DNA of 59,831 bases, filler included, from Dugesia japonica (taxonomy: Eukaryota), in NCBI GenBank assembly GCA_001938525.1. It is 5 parts of 5 records of this genome, joined end to end, with 100 filler letters (N's around TTAATTAATTAA, not from the genome) between each part and the next. Parts side by side here need not be neighbours in the genome. Positions count along the whole stretch, not along the records: positions 26,921 to 39,843 come from MQRL01628108.1; 4 more parts are not named here. One strand, given 5' to 3'. Below the pieces are notes generated by a model, which was given only the letters and a program-made list of their open reading frames with translations, had not been told where the DNA came from and did not search any database. The position numbers were made by a program, and so were the translations under genes. Below, one piece after another: positions 26,865-39,899 of the stretch; within the stretch, counting starts at the first letter, position 1, and the number at the start of each line of letters is the position of its first letter.

Positions 26865-26876
26865 TTAATTAATTAA
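26865..26876. other. Artificial contig linker
   Basis: TTAATTAATTAA in N-run. Confidence 0.95.
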
Positions 26877-28406
26877 NNNNNNNNNNNNNNNNNNNNNNNN
26901 NNNNNNNNNNNNNNNNNNNNATAGATTAAAATTTCTTGCACGTTTACGAAAATATCTTTTTTAATGGTGGCGCCTCCATCTGAAAAAGGTTTCCCGATGC
27001 TGATTTACAACATAGTTTAAATTGCAAATTTAGCCTTTTACTATTTAGTTATGTACTTTCTGACGTTGACTTCTTTAATGAATNATTTACTAAATGATAC
27101 ATAACTGAAGTTTCAAATCATTTTTATCAGATTCTTCATTTGTTTGAGAAATTCTCTGACGATATTTATTAATTTTTAATTTATGGGACTTTCTTATATT
27201 ACATAAACAAAAAAGTCATTTTCATACATCCCTGTAGGACCACATACATTTTTGGGTTCTCTGAAACGTACCTACAAATTAGCTTCTCTATTCCAAACAT
27301 GTTTGAGAAATGAATTTTTACCCGACGTCATAATATAATAATATTTAATATATTTACCTTTTTCGGAAAAACGATGGCAGATTTTTTATGAAACCAAAAT
27401 TAACCTTAAAAGATTGGATTTTCAACATGAAACAAAAGAGACCTAGATAAATATTGGGTGTAATGTAAAAACGATTAAATTGAAAAAGTTGAAACAAATA
27501 TTTAGCGAATTTAAAATAATATTGTATTTCGAGGTTTTTATTTATTCTGATATTTTTGTATTAGTTAAATATAGTTTTTAAATAGGGAATTTTACACTTA
27601 CATGGATAAATAACTTTCATTTAAATGACCTATGAATATTTATTTAATAAGAATGTTCAAGTAAAATATAAAGAAATATATACGTCCTTTGTGATTTCAT
27701 CGAAATGATCCCAGTATTGTTGAAAAAACCCATTCTATACAAAATAATTACCGTACTTTTTATTCGATTTTTTGATTTTATTATTTAAAAACTCAATTTT
27801 TTACTAATCCTACTTATAATTATATTGTTACTTGTATATAAATTTATACATACATACGCATTTAATGACGATTCCTTGCCCTCTGTACGAAAAATCTCTT
27901 AAATCCAACCATTCCCCTTCTCAGTGCTTACGTAATATATGGATAACCCCTTATAGTAATTAATAATAACTTAACTTATTATATTAATTATATTTGAACA
28001 TTGTATATATGCAGATTTTTATTATTTTTGAAGTTTTTAACCCATTAACGCTGACGGAGAAATTGATGAATAAAAAATTATAAATCAAATATAAAATTGT
28101 TTATTAATCTACATATATGGTATCTATATTGCCAAGGGAGATCAAATAAGACTACATATCGTTTCGTTTGTTTGTATAGATGAGGTGATAACAGAACAAA
28201 ATCATAAACAGCTCATAGAAAAATGCATACGTTTTTATTTTCATCCGACGCTAATAAAATAAATTGTAAAAAAGTAATTTTGATGTACAAATTTTTTGAT
28301 TTCACAATTTTTTAAAATTATAATACGTTCAATAAATTTTACTCAGAATATTAAATACGCTTATATATAATATGATAAACAATTATATAATGCAACAAAT
28401 TATGTT

Positions 28407-29640
28407 ATTAGATGTACAAATATGACTACGGCTTTTGCAAAGATGTCGTTAAAACTTGTGCTTGCATATTATAAGTATTTGTAAAATCAACCATCATGTA
28501 ATAAATATTAACACGTGACATTTTCTTTGCTGTTTAAATCTTTATTGATTGAATAATATATCAATTCAAAATGTCAGCATATTTCGAAGGGGGAGGCCAT
28601 GTTTCATTATTATATTGCCAGAAAAACAGCTGCGGAAATTCACCGTTGGACTGTAGAATTTTATGGATTTGCAAGGATTGGTTATATCGATTTAGAAATG
28701 ACGATTATAATACCAAGCACAAAGAGTATTGAAAACCACTCAAAGAATTTGAAGATAAAAATTGGCATTGTTGCCGAATGAAAACTCCTGCAAAAGACAA
28801 TCTGAACTGGCTGCCGCATTAAATGTGGAACAACAATGTACTTCGCAACGTCTACAAGGTATAAGAATGATTCGAAAATTGGGAAATTGGGTCCCACATG
28901 TATTGACAGAAAGATAGATTAAATGGTGATAAAGCAATTTACAATGTTTTTAAGAAACAAAAGAAAATTTTTTTTGCATCGAATTGTTACAGAATACGAA
29001 AAATGTATTCATTATGAAAATGCAAAGTAGCTTGGCTGAAGCCAAGTGAACCTGGTATATTCATTCCGAAACAGAATATCCATGATTCGAAAGTTATCCT
29101 GTGTATCTGGTGAGATCATAAAGGTGTCATCTATAATGAACTTCTATAACCCATCAGAAACCATAACTGAGGAATGTTATTGATTGCAATTAATTCGTTT
29201 GAAGTGAGCTCTGACGCATAAAAGACCAGAATGGAAGAATAAACATGCAAAGATAATTTTGCAACGCTAATGTATTTTAATGACGCTAGGCCACATATTC
29301 ATCCGGTTTTTAAGAAGTACTTAGAATGAGTAAACTGATAAGTCTTACATCTCCCACCGTATTTATCGGATATTGCTTCCTCGGATTATCATTTGTTTCG
29401 CTAAATGCAATCAATAATTTCTGTTGAGCAGTTTAGTTCTGATGAAGACTTTCGAAATTGGATAGATAGTTAAATTGCTTCAAAAGAATCAGAATTCTTT
29501 TTTTTGCAGAATTTATTTGTTGCCTCAAAGATGTGCGAAACTCGTCTTTTAATGGAACTTATTTTAAATAAATGTTTTTAAATAAAACATTTAAAAGTGT
29601 TGGTTTTACTCAAAAAAACTGAAAAACAACTAATATATTA
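28407..29640 (+). mobile_element. Near full-length degenerate mariner (mauritiana/Mos1-like)
   Basis: KTAAEIHR, QSELAAAL, KLGNWVPHVL, FLHRIVT, DARPH, PPYLSDIASSDYHLF; left end ttagatgtacaaa resembles a mariner TIR. Confidence 0.88.
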
Positions 29641-31017
29641 TAAATAATCCATTTAAGTAAATTACTTCATGGCTCTTATCATATGGAGGCTTGTTCATAA
29701 AAAGAGCGGCTAATATAAAGGTAACTACAAATATTGCAATTTGTTTTTTAAAACCATTTCTATTTAGTTTTTGTATTTTTAACAAAATCATTCTTGTTTA
29801 TAAATATCACATCAATTGTCTATCTATTCTTTCATAATAATAAAAGTTATTATCAATATTTTAAATATAAATATAAATTGAAATCCGCTTTAGTGTCAAC
29901 TTTTTATGGGAATTATTTTGTCATGTTATTTTTGATAAAAATTTCATTGGGTTTAATGGAGAAATCAATTAAATGAGGATAAAACCGGGTGGAAAATGTG
30001 GTTTATAAGTAATTTTTAATTTCAAATAAAATATTTAAAAATTTTTAAGATTTGAATTTTAAATATTATACAATTTTTTAAGTAATTTAAGGGGGAAAAT
30101 CGAATTTATGATTATATAGATCTTAATATAGAAAATATTTAATTATTATGTCTACTTTTATTGTAACATTTCTATAAACATGAGAATAATGAAGTGGAAA
30201 CTTAATAGTAATTCCTGATATTATCGCTATTTGATTGTCAATAACATTATAACAGAAAATAAATAAAAATTTGAAATTAATATAAAAAACATCGTTTACT
30301 GTAAATTTTGATAGATTGAGTAATAAGAAAAATTTAAATCGCGGATTAAAAAATACTTGAAATAATACGCCCATTTACTGATTGAATTCATGAAATTTTT
30401 TTTTAAAATATGAATTCGATATCAAAATTTTAAAATATCTATACTTATTTGAAACAATTATGTTAATTTTTAAAATTATGATGGAGTTTTTGTCTTTTTA
30501 AACGCGGAATTCGAGAGAAATAAATATCAACATTTTTATTTGGAAAATAATGGGAAAAAATTCACAAATATTTTGTATCAAAATATTAAAAAACAGTTAT
30601 AATCAAATGGAAAATTTGATTTATTTTAATTTAAATAGCAGATAAAATGTATTCGCATTAAAAAATTGTTAATTCATTAATTTGATTTTTCGAATTGAAG
30701 GTAAAAAATGAAATTTTACTTAAAAAGTTAATAAACTACTTTTTGATAATATTCAATAATAAATTATAATTNTAATTATTATGTAATCAATGTAATACAT
30801 GAATTGGATCCTTAGATATGCACTTGAATTTTCTCTGTAAAACTTAATACTCAATAACGGAAAAAACCTACTTTTAAAGTTAATTGATTTTTTTAAAAAA
30901 AGTAATCCAATATGAAAAAATTTATAATTTATATTTTGCACTATATAGTATTACGAATACAGACATAGCTACACACATTTACGATTACATTATTATATTA
31001 ATATTATATTATTTAAT

Positions 31018-31020
<3 letters not shown>

Positions 31021-31084
<64 letters not shown>

Positions 31085-31134
31085 NNNNNNNNNNNNNNNN
31101 NNNNNNNNNNNNNNNNNNNNNNNNNNNNNNNNNN

Positions 31135-31196
<62 letters not shown>
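31021..31196 (+). repeat. (AAT)n microsatellite with gap
   Basis: Directly visible. Confidence 0.95.
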
Positions 31197-31200
<4 letters not shown>

Positions 31201-31656
31201 AGTAAGAAGTAATTCACAATATTGAATTTGTTGAGCTTTTATTGTAAATTTAAATTAGTACAGTAAAAGTTGTTTAACATGAACCCCAACATTTTATTAT
31301 TTGATTTTCACGAAATAGGAAATCAACACAAAAAACGTTTAATCGACCTTCTTTTATTTCTTTTTTTTAAAAACGAATTGGTTATTTTCTGTTTCCTTTT
31401 TTTCTTTCATTAATTATTTCATCCTTGAACTTTTGAACGTCATTGAATTTATGAGGATGTGTTTCAGAAAAAAAATTGCCGAAACTTGTCAAGATAATAA
31501 GCTTCTGCAGAATTTATTTGTTCATCACATTTGTATATTTCCTCGCGTTCAGATAAATTCTATTCTCTTATATAGAAGTGATTAAATTATGTTTCTCGAC
31601 AATACATTCTTAATCCTCTGGTATAAAGCCACTCATTAAATAAATAAATAAATCTA

Positions 31657-32250
31657 ATGAATAAAAAAGGTTTAAAAATTAAAAATTTGTCGAAATTACT
31701 AAATGTTCATAGTTAAAAAAATATTTGACTNAATATATTACAGAGGACTTTTACTGTAATTTTTTGTTATTTTAAATTTGTTTAAATGTGCACTGTAAAA
31801 TTTTTGAAGATTTAAATTTTCTATTGTGGAGATTATGAATTCTAAAGCCTTGTGAAATGAGTAATTTTTGATTGAATCTTTAAATTTGTGTAATTATTTA
31901 AAGAAGTTTAAATAAATATCCATTTTGNNNNNNNNNNNNNNNNNNNNNNNNNNNNNNNNNNNNNNNNNNNNNNNNNNATGAATAAAAAAGGTTTAAAAAT
32001 TAAAAATTTGTCGAAATTACTAAATGTTCATAGTTAAAAAAATATTTGACTTAATATATTACAGAGGACTTTTACTGTAATTTTTTGTTATTTTAAATTT
32101 GTTTAAATGTGCACTGTAAAATTTTTGAAGATTTAAATTTTCTATTGTGGAGATTATGAATTCTAAAGCCTTGTGAAATGAGTAATTTTTGATTGAATCT
32201 TTAAATTTGTGTAATTATTTAAAGAAGTTTAAATAAATATCCATTTTGTA
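31657..32250 (+). repeat. ~270-bp direct duplication either side of a gap (likely assembly overlap)
   Basis: ~31657-31927 is essentially identical to ~31978-32248. Confidence 0.85.
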
Positions 32251-32384
32251 ATTAAATTGTATTGTAATAATATTAGTATTGTCACTAAATATTGTGTAAA
32301 TTTTAGTAATATTGTAATTGTATTATTTTTATTTTCTAAGATTATATTTGTGGAGATATTATCTTATTTCAACGAGCTCAAGGT

Positions 32385-32660
32385 TTAAATATGGAATAAA
32401 TTTTGTTGATATAAATCTTGAAATTTCATTAAAATTAAAGCTTCGATCAAATCATTTTTGTTTTTGAAAGTATTTCGAATTTTCGACTTTATCTTCGTCA
32501 GGAATTGACTTTTCCAGACGAAGACAAAGTCACAAATTTGAAATACTATAAAGAACTACAAAGAAATTTTAATCGAAGCTTTTATTATAATGAAATCTCA
32601 AATACAATCAATTGTTAAGTCCAACAATTATTTTCACAATAATTGTAATTGTAAAACTTA
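32385..32660. mobile_element. Palindromic Penelope family B pseudo-LTR element with back-to-back hammerheads
   Basis: Minus copy ~32475-32507 aattc-CTGACGA-agataaagtc-GAAA-attc-gaa; plus copy ~32510-32545 degenerate; both arms continue into matching pLTR sequence. Confidence 0.75.
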
Positions 32661-32777
32661 ATCTGATTTAAAAACAAAAGAAGTTCCTAAGTACATTAAT
32701 ATTGATTTAATATCTAATAATATTATAGTTATGTCTTTATTTTGTCTATAAATTTAAACTCATTTTTTCATTAATAG

Positions 32778-32924
32778 TAAAGGCACACCAGCTTCATAAA
32801 CAAAATGTTTTTCCTCATCGAAATGAAGCAAAGAAAAGTGGTCCTGTCTATGGGCAAATTTTGACGGCAGATCAACTCAGCCAGTTCAATAATCAGAATA
32901 TAAATTTAGATTCCAAAACTTCAG
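32778..32924 (+). CDS. Candidate upstream exon, possibly of the DYRK1 gene
   Basis: taatag|..KAHQLHKQNVFPHRNEAKKSGPVYGQIL...SKTS-G|gt; open frame; phase-1 end compatible with the exon at 38599. No homology recognised. Confidence 0.35.
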
Positions 32925-33344
32925 GTTCAAATAAATTCTTATTTATTTTGTTTAATTTATACATTCGGCTTCCGAAAGAAATATTTTCGTAAAGTATTAA
33001 GGAATCAAGAAAATTCGTTCGGTTTTATACGTTTCGGTATATACAAAAGCCAAATGGACTTTCTTGGTTACCTTATATATAGTGAACCCGGATTGAATGA
33101 ATTTAATTTGAAATTACTTCTTTTATTCATTAACAAATTATTCTTAACTTATGCTGCTTAAATTTATTTATTTTCCTTTAAATTCATTGTTCTATTGTAT
33201 TTTATTTTGTATACTTTGGGATATATTGATTTATGACGTACTTTCATATTCTGAAGTTTATTTTTCATTTAACATTTCTTACCAAATTGACAAATCACAG
33301 ATAAGAAATTCTTATTTTACCTACAAAAATGCTCGTTTTTTACA

Positions 33345-34510
33345 GGGTTTTCATAAATATACTGATTTCATAGAGATATATACGGTTTTCAATGAGACAT
33401 ATACTGATTTCATAGAGATATATACGGTTTTCAATGAGACATATACTGATTTCATAGATATATACTGTTTTCATAGAGATATATACTGATTTCAATGAGA
33501 GATATACTGATTTCATAGAGATATATACGGTTTTCAATGAGATATATACTGATTTCATAGAGATATATACGGTTTNNNNNNNNNNNNNNNNNNNNNNNNN
33601 NNNNNNNNNNNNNNNNNNNNNNNNNNNNNNNNNNNNNNNNNNNNNNNNNNNNNNNNNNNNNNNNNNNNNNNNNNNNNNNNNNNNNNNNNNNNNNNNNNNN
33701 NNNNNNNNNNNNNNNNATAGAGATATATACGGTTTTCATAGAGATATATACTGATTTCATAGAGATATATACGGTTTTCAATGAGACATACTGATTTCAT
33801 AGAGATATATACGGTTTTCATAGAGATATATACTGATTTCATATATATATATACGGTTTTCAATGAGACATACTGATTTCATATATATATATATATACGG
33901 TTTTCAATGAGATATATACTGATTTCATAGAGATATATACTGTTTCCATAGAGATATATACAAATTTCATAGAGATATATACGGTTTTCAATAAGACATA
34001 CACTGATTTCATAGATATATATATACGATTTTCAATGAGACATACTGATTTCATAGAGATATATACGGTTTTCAATGAGATATATACTGATTTCATAGAG
34101 ATATATACTGTTTTCATAGAGATATATACCATTTTCATAGAGATATATACGGTTTTCATAAAGATATACTGATTTTATAGAGATATATACGGTTTTCAAT
34201 GAGATAAATACTGATTTCATAGAGATATATACGGTTTTCATAGAGATATATACTGTTTTCATAGAGATATATACTGTTTTCATATAGATATATACTGTTT
34301 TCATAGAGATATATACTGTTTTCATAGAGATATTTACTGTTTTCATAGAGATATATACTGTTTTCATAGATATATATATACTGTTTTCATAACGATATAC
34401 TGATTTCATAGAGATATATACGGTTTTCAATGAGATAAATACTGATTTCATAGAGATATATACGGTTTTCATAGAAATATATACTGTTTTCATAAAGATG
34501 TAAACTGATT
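33345..34510 (+). repeat. Minisatellite, ~21-bp unit (gagatatatacggttttcata and variants)
   Basis: Directly visible; produces spurious MKTVYIS repeat ORFs. Confidence 0.95.
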
Positions 34511-34559
34511 TGATAGAATTATTTATTAAAGAATACATGAAATAAAAATTAATATATCA

Positions 34560-35006
34560 GATTATTCATTCCAACACAATCATTCATTCTCTTCATGAAT
34601 GTCGTCATACACTAAAAGATCCTGAATTTCTCTCGAATCCATATTTGATAAAATCATTGTTCCTACTTTTCATGTTTGGCAATAAGACTCTTATTATATA
34701 AACATTTATTGTCCAAGTACTCTGTTCGTAAAGCAACACAATTCTCAGTAATTTTATTCCATGAATTCTTTATCTAGATCACAACTTCGCGTGGATTATG
34801 TCTGATAAAATTTCTATTCTGATTCTTCTCCAATCTATATTCAATGTAATCATTCAAAAATAATACTACATAAAACGCACCTACGGATGTGAAGTGTTTT
34901 TTTGCTCTAGAGCTTATTTTCGAGATAGGTCTTTTATTAAAACCATTCCTAAAAATTATGGTAGGGTTTATTTTTGGAACGTGCCTTGCTTTCAGAAAAT
35001 ACGGCA
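34560..35006 (-). mobile_element. pogo-like transposon deletion derivative
   Basis: Terminus ccgtattttc on the minus strand at ~35004, then transposase C-terminal text LNDYIEYRLEKNQNRNF...EVVI*IKNSWNKITENCV...IAKHE. Confidence 0.55.
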
Positions 35007-35734
35007 CGGTTTCAATTTACTGTACATTTTTACTTCGAATGGAATGCTTTCAATTAATATTTTCATTTAACAAGCAAGTGGGGGTTCATATTTTATAAAA
35101 TTAGTTTTCTCTTTTGTTGAAAAAATTTATGGTAAGGATCCTTTTTCATGTCTAATTACACTGATTCGCGAATCGTGTTTCAAATCTGAGTCAACAGAAC
35201 CGATTGTTTAAGCTGAGATTTAAACTATTCTCGCCACAGCCGATTTACTTTTAATTTTAAGTTATTAACCAATCTCAAAATTATATAATTGTGCGATGAG
35301 TGAGCATATATTCACACGATTATGCTGGTTTCTAATAACTAACTCATGGATATAATTCAAAATAGTTATTTGGGAAATATTCACATTTTTGAAAAATATA
35401 TTTCTTAATTACCTTCGGTCCTCAAAAGTTTACATTTCAAAATCTTCAATAATTCTAAATATCAGTTTTTACTTACAAAATAAGCTTACCCTAATCGTAT
35501 ATTTATAGACATTTCTTTTAGTTTATTACTTATGGCTTTAAAATGATTAAACTAAAATTCAAAATAACTTAATATAGTTTAAAATTGAAATTTTACTTTG
35601 AAAGTTTTTCATTAATAAATGAAAATATTTCAATAAAATATTAATAAAATATATTTATGATGAAATATTCCAAATAACTAGAAACTGTCATAAATGTACT
35701 CGGGTTCTTTATTAATGGTATTTTCAAATAACTA

Positions 35735-37011
35735 TTAGGTTGGTAAGAAAATAATTGCGGTTTTTAACATATACAAGTAAAAGTAAAAATCTCGGAAAAC
35801 ATAAAGATATTTTATTCAAAATACGAGCCATTACAATCAATACATTTCTCCCAACGAGAAATAAGTTTATTTATGCCAATAGAATAAAATCCTCTGTCCT
35901 GGATTCGACGAACTCGAGAAAGGCATTTTTAACATCGTTGTCGTTATGAAAGACTTTATCTTGAAAAAAATTGGAGAGATAATAAAAAAAATGATAGTCG
36001 GTTGGTGACATGTCCGGAGAGTATGGTGGATGAGGCAGACTTTCAAATCCTAAATCATATAGTTTCTGCAGGGATAATTTTGCGACGTGTGGATGGGCAT
36101 TGTCGTATAGAATAATGGGAGGTTTTCTGTAAACTAATGCGGCGCACATAGATTTCAATTAGCGGTGCATTTAGTCAATTTCTTGACAATTTTTTTCTGT
36201 CGTTATAGTTTCACCTTGATTTAAAAAGTTGTAATGAACCAGACCGACTGTGGACCACCAAACCGTCATCATTGTCTTTATTTATGCAATTTCGGCTTTG
36301 GAAAATGATATGGTGCTTCGCCTTTGTCCAACCATTGCGATGCCCACTTCCTATTGTCGTATACAATACATTTTTCGTCGCAAGTCACAATGCAATCAAG
36401 AAATGGATTGATTTTATTTCTAAACAGATTCGCCGCGCAGATCTCGTAACGGCAGTTTTTCTGAAAATCGTTCAATTCATGCGGAACCCATTTATCGAGC
36501 TTCCGTACTTTTCCAAGTTGATGGAGGTGGTATAAAGCTGTTACGTGACTTACGTCTAAATTCTTCCCAAGCTCCCGAGTTGTTGCGCGTGGACCTGCTT
36601 TGATCATTACCTTCAAATCGTCCTTGCTAACTTCTGATGGACGTCCCCGACCTTCACCATCTTCAAGGCTCTCATCTCCACTCTTGAATTTTTTAAACAA
36701 AAATTGCACCGTTTTTTCTTTTGCAGTTTCATTGCCGAATGCGTTGTTGACTTTCTGAGTCGTCTCTGATGCTTTAGATCCCAGTTTACATTCATATATT
36801 GCTCGTATTTGATATTTATCCAACATGTCTTCCAAAAATAATATTTCACAATAAAATAGTAATAAAAATAAAATATTACTTGTATAGTGTAGAATTGAAT
36901 ATCCTCTTCAAAATGACATATAGACTAATATGTTAAAACAAATAGTTCTTTTAAATAATTACTTTTAAAGTAATAATATATAAAACCGCAATTATTTTCT
37001 TACCAACCTAA
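35735..37011 (-). mobile_element. Full-length mariner (DD34D, cecropia/Hsmar1-like), 1277 bp, transposase disrupted
   Basis: Perfect 30-bp TIRs ttaggttggtaagaaaataattgcggtttt, TA on both flanks; WVPHEL, VTCDEK, YDNAHPH, YSPDMSPTDYH; in-frame stops. Confidence 0.97.
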
Positions 37012-37339
37012 TATATTATATATAACTATACATTTTGAAAGTTATAATAGGGAATTTCAATGAAATACATTATAATTGATTCTATTCATGTTAAAATTGG
37101 TTCCGTAAAATTATCACCTTGACTCATCAATTTTATTATTAACTAATTAACTGCGTTCCATGTATATACATGTCAAGCCAAATCTTGGTTAAGGTGGTGT
37201 TGACGTGCATAGACGTCGTGTAAAATAAAAAATTACCATTCGATATAAAAACTCAAAATTTCAGTAAGATGTAATATTTTTTTAATATATTTATTGTTCC
37301 CAGTACTTGTATATCGGGATTTCCATGTACTTTATTCAT

Positions 37340-37480
37340 TATTGCTCAGTTGCAATAATGTAATTTATTGACTTTCAATTCTTTACGAAGACAAAGTCGA
37401 ATTATTATTAGAACTATTATCAAAAACCAAAAAAAAAAAATTTGACCGAAGCACTTTTATTTTAATGAATTAGTAAAGCA
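37340..37480 (+). mobile_element. Degenerate Penelope family B pseudo-LTR fragment
   Basis: caattctttacgaagacaaagtcga...ttatcaaaaacc...tgaccgaagc...ttaatgaatt. Confidence 0.55.
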
Positions 37481-37660
37481 ATGCAAATATTTATTTTAAA
37501 ATTATCTCAACTGATTATTGGATATAATCCTTGATGGGTTATTATATTGATATTGCAAAAAAATGATATTATGATTAAAAAATGCACTTTAAAATAAATT
37601 CATATCAACTTACAATGTTCGATAAAAGAGTACTTTAATAAAACAAGTTATACTAAAAGT

Positions 37661-37740
37661 CACTGATTCCCAACCTTTTGGTTTTCGTGGAACCCTAATT
37701 CAGTGATTCCTAACCTTTTGGTCTTCATGGAACCTCAATT
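37661..37740 (+). mobile_element. Tandem pair of hAT (Charlie/Buster-type) terminal sequences
   Basis: cactgattcccaaccttttgg...gaaccc followed by cagtgattcctaaccttttgg...gaacct. Confidence 0.55.
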
Positions 37741-38598
37741 ATCAGCCTTTTACATCATGAACCGCTACAAGCTAACAATTTTATGATAATTTACAGCAAC
37801 AATACCTACCCAAACACATAAATGACTTTATTTATATATCCTGAAAATAAATTTCTTTATATATTTTTTTTCGAAATTATAATTATTTACATTTATAAGA
37901 ATTATTGAACACAAAATTTCTTAATGGGCCAGAAATATTTATATGACCCCATATTATCTGAAATATATAAGTGGAATCAAAATATTTTATTAGTCTCATT
38001 ATTAATTAAAATTACTCGTTTAAACAAAATTCTAATCCATAATGTTACACAAATAAATTGAAATTTATATGCAGTTCTTTTTTACTTGAACTTATATTTA
38101 AAAAGCCGGAATAGATTGTAAAAACACCTTTTTCATTAATTTAAAACAAATAATTTTCTTTAGTTAATATAGTATTTTTTCTAAAATTATTTAGAGCGGC
38201 TTGTTTAAAGAAAAAAATTTCAATAAATTATTTTTTATGACATCAACATAAATATTTTTTTTAATTGATATAATGCTTTAATTAATTTATTATTTTTATA
38301 TTTTCCTTGAAATAATTGCGCTAGCTTTCAATAAATCTATTTTCAAATTTGTATGGTACCTGAAATATTTGAAATTTATTTGATAATAAATATAACAAAT
38401 AGGATTTTAAATTTTATTTTGAATATTAATATAACAATTGTTTTTTGAAGCTTATGACTTAACACAAAAAATAAGAATGGTTAAATTATTAATGCTGTAA
38501 TCTTAATGTGAAACTTTTCCTTGATAATTTAGTGATTTATTTACAAATAATTACATTAATTTTCCGATATACATTTTTATTTTTAATTTCATTACTAG

Positions 38599-38897
38599 AA
38601 TATGTCAATTTGCCTATGTCACAAGTTGGTTCCGTCAAAACGTCATCCAGTTCAGTAGAAACCTCAAAACGTCAATCCACAGTGCCTTATTATCATTATC
38701 CCGAATTTCCGTTTATAAGCAATCAACAGAATCTCAAAACAAATCCTCAGTATAGCAAGAACTCAGTTTATGCGAATACTTCGCAATTTAACATTTCTCC
38801 ATTATCAAATAGTTGTTCATCATTGCCCATAAACAGAAATAAACCATTATTAAAGTTATCTTGTGACCTCATAACAACATATAAAAATATTAATGAA
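38599..38897 (+). CDS. DYRK1: DYRK1/minibrain kinase, N-terminal exon
   Basis: KPLLKLSCDLITTYKNINE|gtatgt matches DYRK1A APLRKLSVDLIKTYKHINE; acceptor actag at 38598. The kinase domain is not in this contig. Confidence 0.85.
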
Positions 38898-38999
38898 GTA
38901 TGTTATATATATTATTGTTTATAATATTACATTATTATTATTATTATTTTTATCATTATTATTATAATTATTATTATTATTATTTTAACTGTTTCACAT

Positions 39000-39843
39000 T
39001 TAACTTCATAAAACGGGGATATCACCATTATAAGTGGTTTGGGCGATTTTAAACCGAAAATTTAGACTTGGAAAACCGCCAGTGTTTTGACTGGCCTACT
39101 GTCGTCGATGATGATGCAATTGAATCAATGATTCAATTTGATCCCCATTCTACATGACGATCTATTGCAGAAAGACTCAACATATCTCACATGAGTGTTG
39201 GAAGGCATTTGTAAAGTTTTCAAAGAGGTTTGTATTCCAAAACAGTTCACTGAAAAGAATTTGTTTCAATTTGCAATTCCTTAGTTGTAAGAAATGGGAA
39301 CAATTACGGGTAATGAAGAATGGATTGTATGTAACAATTCCAAACGTAAAATGTTTTGGCAAAAAATAATTGTCTCCAAACACCATTCCATAAGCCGACT
39401 TACATCCCAAGAAAGTAATGCTCTGCATTTGGTAGGAATGAAAAAGCGTAATATATTATGAATTTCTTCCTCAAGACCAGATCTTCAATTCCACTAAATA
39501 GTGTTTCTAATTAAATCTATTAAAAGCTGTCATCGTAAAGTGACCTGTATTGACTAATTGAAAGGATATTTTTTCCAACATGATAAAGTCAGATCACACG
39601 TGTCTTTGATGACTTAGCAGAAAATTGCTGAGTTTGGTTTAGAACAAATAAGTCACCTATAATATTCACTCAAAATAGCACCTTCCGATTTTCATTTATT
39701 TAGATATCTGTAGAATTTTCTAAGGGAGGAATTTTCAAAACCTAATGGGCCTGGAAAAACCGCTTGGACCAATTTACAGTCCAACAAGATAAAATATTCT
39801 GAGAAGTTGGCTTTATAAAGCTTTGAAAGATGACTTTCACTTA
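39000..39843 (+). mobile_element. Degenerate mariner
   Basis: DLHPKKVMLCIW, QHDKVRSH, *YSLKIAPSDFHLF. Confidence 0.85.
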
Positions 39844-39887
39844 NNNNNNNNNNNNNNNNNNNNNNNNNNNNNNNNNNNNNNNNNNNN

Positions 39888-39899
39888 TTAATTAATTAA
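39888..39899. other. Artificial contig linker
   Basis: TTAATTAATTAA in N-run. Confidence 0.95.

Noticed and set aside
31657-32250. Tandem duplication as a biological event
   Set aside because: Essentially identical copies flank a 50-N gap, typical of an unmerged contig overlap; same pattern at ~54008-54145.
33340-34538. Repetitive ORFs (MKTVYIS)n and a CRISPR-like appearance
   Set aside because: Translations of a 21-bp minisatellite; no unique spacers and no cas genes.
36272-36535. Plus-strand ORFs over the mariner, and similar antisense ORFs over hAT, mariner and Maverick genes
   Set aside because: Shadow frames of recognised transposase or viral genes.
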